A DNA stretch of 20,000 nt from an uncultured virus (IMG/VR IMGVR_UViG_3300006467_000197) (taxonomy: Duplodnaviria; Heunggongvirae; Uroviricota; Caudoviricetes): IMG/VR virus record IMGVR_UViG_3300006467_000197; one strand, 5' to 3'. How positions within the stretch are numbered: the stretch's first letter is position 1; each line of letters starts with the position of its first letter. Of this stretch, positions 16,364 through 20,000 are shown in pieces. The notes beneath the pieces are model-generated. The model searched no databases, was not told the DNA's origin, and saw nothing but the letters and a program-made list of their open reading frames with translations. The position numbers were made by a program, and so were the translations under genes.

Positions 16364-17091
16364 TCGTTGGAGTAGGACGAACACCGCCGGACATCTTCTT
16401 TGATGAACTTCGGTTGCGTGACATTGAACTCGACTACAACGTGACGGCAATCTGCTCAAGTCTTGCGAACCTTACACATTTCTGCAGGACACATCATCAT
16501 ATTGTATTTTTCAATATTCCAGAAACTCTTGTTCGGATCAATCCGGTCTACATGTTCGACGTTCGCACGAACATTGATGATAATGGCGATGTAGAATTTG
16601 TTCCACATAATCCGTTGTGGTCTACGCTCAATATGTTGAGGTTCCGCACCAATCCTCCTCCTACCCGAGCTATTATTTCAAATAAGCCGGACGTAGTGGG
16701 TGCCATGATTGAAGCCGAGCGCAAGAATGATGTGCTCGACAAGATCAACATGCTGACTTCAATTACACCAAAATCATCACGCCGCAAAACAATCGAAAGG
16801 ACACTTTTCAATTGCTTTCTTAATCACGTTGATGCTGATGAAGTACGTGGTCAATTGATCAAAGCTGTATCGCACCACAGGAAGCCGGATAGCACTGAAA
16901 TATTAGCTATCGAAGAAATTGTAAAATGGTACACACTCCCAATTCGAGAACAGCTAATTAAAGGTCTCGAAACACTACTTCGGGAACCTGACTCATGGAA
17001 GCAAAACGTCGGCCTTGTTTCAGCACAATTCGGTGTACGATCTTTTGAGTTGGGATACATTATGTCTTTCCTTGAAAGGAACCAGAAATGA
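16360..17091 (+). CDS. Hypothetical protein (243 aa)
   Basis: GGAGG RBS; ATGA overlap with the Rad50-like gene. Confidence 0.8.
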   Translation: MIVGVGRTPPDIFFDELRLRDIELDYNVTAICSSLANLTHFCRTHHHIVFFNIPETLVRINPVYMFDVRTNIDDNGDVEFVPHNPLWSTLNMLRFRTNPPPTRAIISNKPDVVGAMIEAERKNDVLDKINMLTSITPKSSRRKTIERTLFNCFLNHVDADEVRGQLIKAVSHHRKPDSTEILAIEEIVKWYTLPIREQLIKGLETLLREPDSWKQNVGLVSAQFGVRSFELGYIMSFLERNQK

Positions 17092-17534
17092 CCCTCAATA
17101 TTGATGCAAAGCCTGCAGCGGCACATGACAACATCAAACTGGCAGACAAATTTCTTCTTCGCAAAAAGTTAAACAATGAGGGCCGTGAATTTTTCAAGTT
17201 TGAACCAGTAAGACGATACTGGATGAAGGTCCAATTCAATCAAATTGTTGCTGGGGATCGGATCACCTACACAACCAAACCAGATAATGAACGCTCAGGA
17301 ATATTCATAGCATTCTGCTCGCCTTTCTATGATCATCACCATGGGCTTGTGTGTTGGGTGCAGAAGTTCTCAGCACCCCCGGAAGAAACAGTAACGTTTC
17401 AGGAAGTGCGTCAGCTGTGCGCGAATGTCGGGATGGCTCCAATGTTTGTCGAACGGGAAGACGGCGAACTTGTGAGTATCAATCACGCAGCTGTTGCAGA
17501 GAATGGCGCGATTGTTCTGAAAATTAATCAATGA
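17088..17534 (+). CDS. Hypothetical protein (148 aa)
   Basis: AAAGGA RBS; ATGA overlap. Confidence 0.8.
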   Translation: MTLNIDAKPAAAHDNIKLADKFLLRKKLNNEGREFFKFEPVRRYWMKVQFNQIVAGDRITYTTKPDNERSGIFIAFCSPFYDHHHGLVCWVQKFSAPPEETVTFQEVRQLCANVGMAPMFVEREDGELVSINHAAVAENGAIVLKINQ

Positions 17535-17592
17535 TCCTAATTGAATATTGACAAGACATTCCCGTGTCATGTCAAACCCACCCCTGACAACT

Positions 17593-17628
17593 GGCCCGGC
17601 AGACCACCTCTCCTGCCGGGCCTTTTTT
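17593..17628 (+). terminator. Rho-independent terminator
   Basis: GGCCCGGCAG-ACCACCTCTC-CTGCCGGGCC followed by TTTTTT. Confidence 0.85.
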
Positions 17629-17661
17629 ATGCTAACAAGTATCAGGAAATGAGGTTCATTC

Positions 17662-18663
17662 ATGCTTGATAGATTGCTTGAAATAATCGCTGGAACTCGG
17701 GACTTTGTACTCCCTGATCTTGACGTGTCGAAAGACAAAGCGCGTAAGTCTTTGTTCCAGTTAATGAAGCGTGTGTCTTCTGACACGTTGGCTGATGCTA
17801 TCGCCACGCTTCCAATGGACACCATGAAGACAATCGTGAATATTGAATTCACAGGTAAGAAAGCCCGTGAACGTGAATATATACTTGCTCAGCTTATGGT
17901 GACGCTTATTCGTATCTCTGATCTACAAGAGAAGTATGAGCGCCAGATGCACCACCCTCGTCGCAAAGTTGTTGCTGTTATTGAACACCTCGTTCGCAAA
18001 GGCGAAAAGTTTGATTGGACAAAGGCAGCCAAGAACGGTTTCACGGTTTCTATTTCCGCACCCCAAAAAGCAACAACTGAAGCTGTTGATTATTTCACGG
18101 GTGATACAATGCGATCTATTACTCGTCGGTTAAAAGGCTACGGCATCAAGCCTGCAGCTTACAAGAAACTGTTTCAAGCCAACGATGCAACGTTTGTTGA
18201 TACTGAATATTCAGAGAAGCAACGTAAAGGCAATAAAACCGGCGGGCAGATTAAGAATGCACCTCGCAAACGTGGAACTGTTCTGGTGACAGAAGAAAAG
18301 CGACTTGTACGATTTATTCAAGAAGTGAAGACTTCTCTCTCAGGTATTGAAGCCACGGTGCCGCAATCACGTCTGCTGGGAAGCGTTGTCCGACTTGCGC
18401 AGAATTCTTCGAAAGAAGGAATGAAGCGAGCTGACGTAACCAAATCTTTGAAAATTGTTGTGAAAGTTCGTGAGTCCTTAATGGACGTTGTAACTAACAA
18501 AGCCAATCGAGTTATTATTTCAAAGTCCATTTCATTGCTGGATAAGGCAGAAGAACAGTTGAACATTATTCGCTCGCGCCCAACTGAAAAGGCGAAGCCG
18601 AAGCGCCAGAAAGCAGAAGCGGCAGTTATTTTGCGTCGTTTGACTCTCTTATCGGGCGAGTAA
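17662..18663 (+). CDS. Hypothetical basic, helical protein (333 aa)
   Basis: GAGGT RBS; Lys/Arg-rich; no recognisable catalytic motif. Confidence 0.8.
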   Translation: MLDRLLEIIAGTRDFVLPDLDVSKDKARKSLFQLMKRVSSDTLADAIATLPMDTMKTIVNIEFTGKKAREREYILAQLMVTLIRISDLQEKYERQMHHPRRKVVAVIEHLVRKGEKFDWTKAAKNGFTVSISAPQKATTEAVDYFTGDTMRSITRRLKGYGIKPAAYKKLFQANDATFVDTEYSEKQRKGNKTGGQIKNAPRKRGTVLVTEEKRLVRFIQEVKTSLSGIEATVPQSRLLGSVVRLAQNSSKEGMKRADVTKSLKIVVKVRESLMDVVTNKANRVIISKSISLLDKAEEQLNIIRSRPTEKAKPKRQKAEAAVILRRLTLLSGE

Positions 18664-18693
18664 CTATCCGAGCTTATTGACTTTTCTGTTAAA

Positions 18694-18742
18694 CTGGGTG
18701 TTAATGTGAAAGCGCAATAAAGCGCCGCATTAATGCCCGGAG
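18694..18742 (+). promoter_or_regulatory. Structured 5' leader overlapping the RBS of the histone-like gene
   Basis: 15-bp stem 18694-18708/18726-18740 with four G-U pairs, an inner GCGC-AATAAA-GCGC hairpin, and a 3' arm that includes GG of the GGAG RBS. Confidence 0.55.
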
Positions 18743-18752
18743 AATTGAAAAA

Positions 18753-19319
18753 ATGGCAAAAACGAGTAAAACGGCGAAACCGAAAACGCCGCCACCGTTC
18801 GCGGTGAAGAAACGTGTTGTGGTTGGCGGTAAGCGCCGTGCAACTGTTATTTCAGTTTCGTCAACTGGAAAACAACTCGAAGTCCTGTACGACGATGAAG
18901 ACACGACCAAGAAAGTTTCTGCATCGAAGTGCGAAGCTGCAAAAGGCCGTGCACCGGCAGCTGTCACCGAAAAGCTGAAGAAATTTTTCAAGGACGAGTC
19001 GTCTGGCAAACCTGCCGCCAAAAAGGCTACGAAGAAAGCAGCGAAGAAATCGACTGCAAAAGCCGAGAAGGCTGAAAAAAAGCCAAAGGCGAAGAAGTCC
19101 AAGAAGGCAAAGTCAAAAGCTGAAAAAAAGTCGAAGGTGACCGGGCATCAAGCTGCCGCGTCTTCTGAAGACAAACCGGCCAAGAAGTCGAAGAAGTCAA
19201 AGGCAAAGGCCAAAGCCGAGAAAGCGGAAGCCAAGGCGAAGCCTGCCAAGGCAAAGAAAGCCAAGATCAAGCTCAAGAAGACGAAAATCAAGAAGCTCAA
19301 GAGCAAGAAATCCAAGTAA
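18753..19319 (+). CDS. Histone H1-like Lys/Ala-rich DNA-binding protein with N-terminal Tudor/SH3-like module
   Basis: RATVISVS...LEVLYDDEDT...V beta module, then more than 100 aa of K/A/S/P low-complexity sequence (KPAAKKATKKAAKK...); GGAG RBS. Confidence 0.8.
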   Translation: MAKTSKTAKPKTPPPFAVKKRVVVGGKRRATVISVSSTGKQLEVLYDDEDTTKKVSASKCEAAKGRAPAAVTEKLKKFFKDESSGKPAAKKATKKAAKKSTAKAEKAEKKPKAKKSKKAKSKAEKKSKVTGHQAAASSEDKPAKKSKKSKAKAKAEKAEAKAKPAKAKKAKIKLKKTKIKKLKSKKSK

Positions 19320-19340
19320 TTATTCATGGATTACGGAATA

Positions 19341-19371
19341 GGGCCGAAACTACCTGATTCGGCCCGTTTCC
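19341..19371 (+). terminator. Hairpin after the histone-like gene (weak U-tract)
   Basis: GGGCCGAA-ACTACCTGA-TTCGGCCC-GTTTC. Confidence 0.4.
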
Positions 19372-19454
19372 CTGCCCAGAACAGGCAAACTAGCACGAAA
19401 TACCCCTCCAAAAGCCTACAAAAACCGAGGAAATAGCCAAACCTTCATTTTCTG

Positions 19455-19483
19455 TTGACGTTTGGGTGTTACGGAGGCATTCT
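19455..19483 (+). promoter_or_regulatory. Possible sigma70-type promoter
   Basis: TTGACG-N17-CATTCT upstream of ATG 19552. Confidence 0.4.
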
Positions 19484-19551
19484 TACCCCGTGGTCGCCAA
19501 CAGCGGCCCGTAACCGAAGTGCATACCGCACAAAACAAAGGATTAATATTC

Positions 19552-20000
19552 ATGGCACGTAAACCAGCTAAAAAGCCCGCCCGTGGTCGCGGCAAAGCAG
19601 CAGCCCCGAAGGGCAAAGCAGCGACCCCGAAAGGCAAGGCCAAGAAGACATCGAGCACCAGCTTGGAAAACCGCCATATCGAAGAACTGCGCAAAGCGGT
19701 TGAAGCGACCGGCGACACCAAAGCGATGCAGTACCTTGCCGACATCGAAGGCGTTGTCTGCCCGATGCTGATCGAACTTATTCAGCTTCGCTCCGGACAG
19801 GAAGTCGAGACGGCCGATCTGGATGACTTCGAAGATGAAGACTTCGAAGATGAAAATTTCGACGAAGACGAAGAATTCGAAGACGAAGATGAGTCCGACG
19901 AAGACTTCGATGAAGACGACGAAGACGAGTCGGAAGACGACGAAGAATTCGAAGACGAAGATGAGTCCGACGAAGAATTCGAAGACGAAGATGAGTCCGA
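19552..20000 (+). CDS. Protein with basic N-terminus and long Asp/Glu-rich repeat (partial, runs off window end)
   Basis: Not in the ORF track because there is no stop in the window. AAAGGA RBS; MARKPAKKPARGRGKAAAPKGK...IEELRKAVEATGD...LIELIQLRSGQEVETADLDDFEDEDFEDENFDEDEEFEDEDES... Confidence 0.85.
   Translation, partial: MARKPAKKPARGRGKAAAPKGKAATPKGKAKKTSSTSLENRHIEELRKAVEATGDTKAMQYLADIEGVVCPMLIELIQLRSGQEVETADLDDFEDEDFEDENFDEDEEFEDEDESDEDFDEDDEDESEDDEEFEDEDESDEEFEDEDES
19867..19998 (+). repeat. 30-bp coding repeat (DEEFEDEDES) x3
   Basis: GACGAAGAATTCGAAGACGAAGATGAGTCC occurs exactly at 19867, 19939 and 19969. Confidence 0.9.

Noticed and set aside
14087..17091. Wadjet/Lamassu-type SMC defence system
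   Set aside because: The CPTC Zn hook indicates the Rad50/SbcC type, no kleisin, Toprim or effector nuclease is recognisable, and the context is a phage replication operon.
17548..17576. Sigma70 promoter based on perfect TTGACA
   Set aside because: No usable -10 hexamer at 16-18 nt on either strand; the hexamer is one arm of an inverted repeat.
19416..19771. ORFs 19416-19745 (-) and 19583-19771 (+)
   Set aside because: Alternative frames of the real gene starting at ATG 19552, which has an RBS and stays open to the window end.

Overview
A 20 kb segment of a large lytic dsDNA tailed phage genome; no host housekeeping operon, integrase or virion gene is recognisable. Left end (minus strand): dihydrofolate reductase and a truncated Cas4-like/PD-(D/E)XK nuclease that the ORF track misses. 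From 1154 to about 9245 is a dense plus-strand run of small, early-type hypothetical genes (DUF6011 Zn-finger, Lar-like Zn-finger fusion, membrane proteins, tandem paralogs). A non-coding island at about 9240-9700 holds a duplicated 41-bp unit carrying four TAATTATTCA boxes, then a strand-skewed tract of 18 CCC runs (G-quadruplex, i-motif or triplex potential) and an inverted box; it is a candidate origin or control locus. The right half has a pentapeptide-repeat protein, a DnaX-like clamp-loader ATPase, a Rad50/SbcC-like ATPase with degenerate catalytic loops, two intergenic multi-hairpin sRNA candidates, a histone H1-like Lys/Ala protein and a partial basic-head/poly-acidic-tail protein. The TAATTATTCA box also recurs at gene junctions across the window. 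All family calls come from motif recognition by eye, not from database searches.
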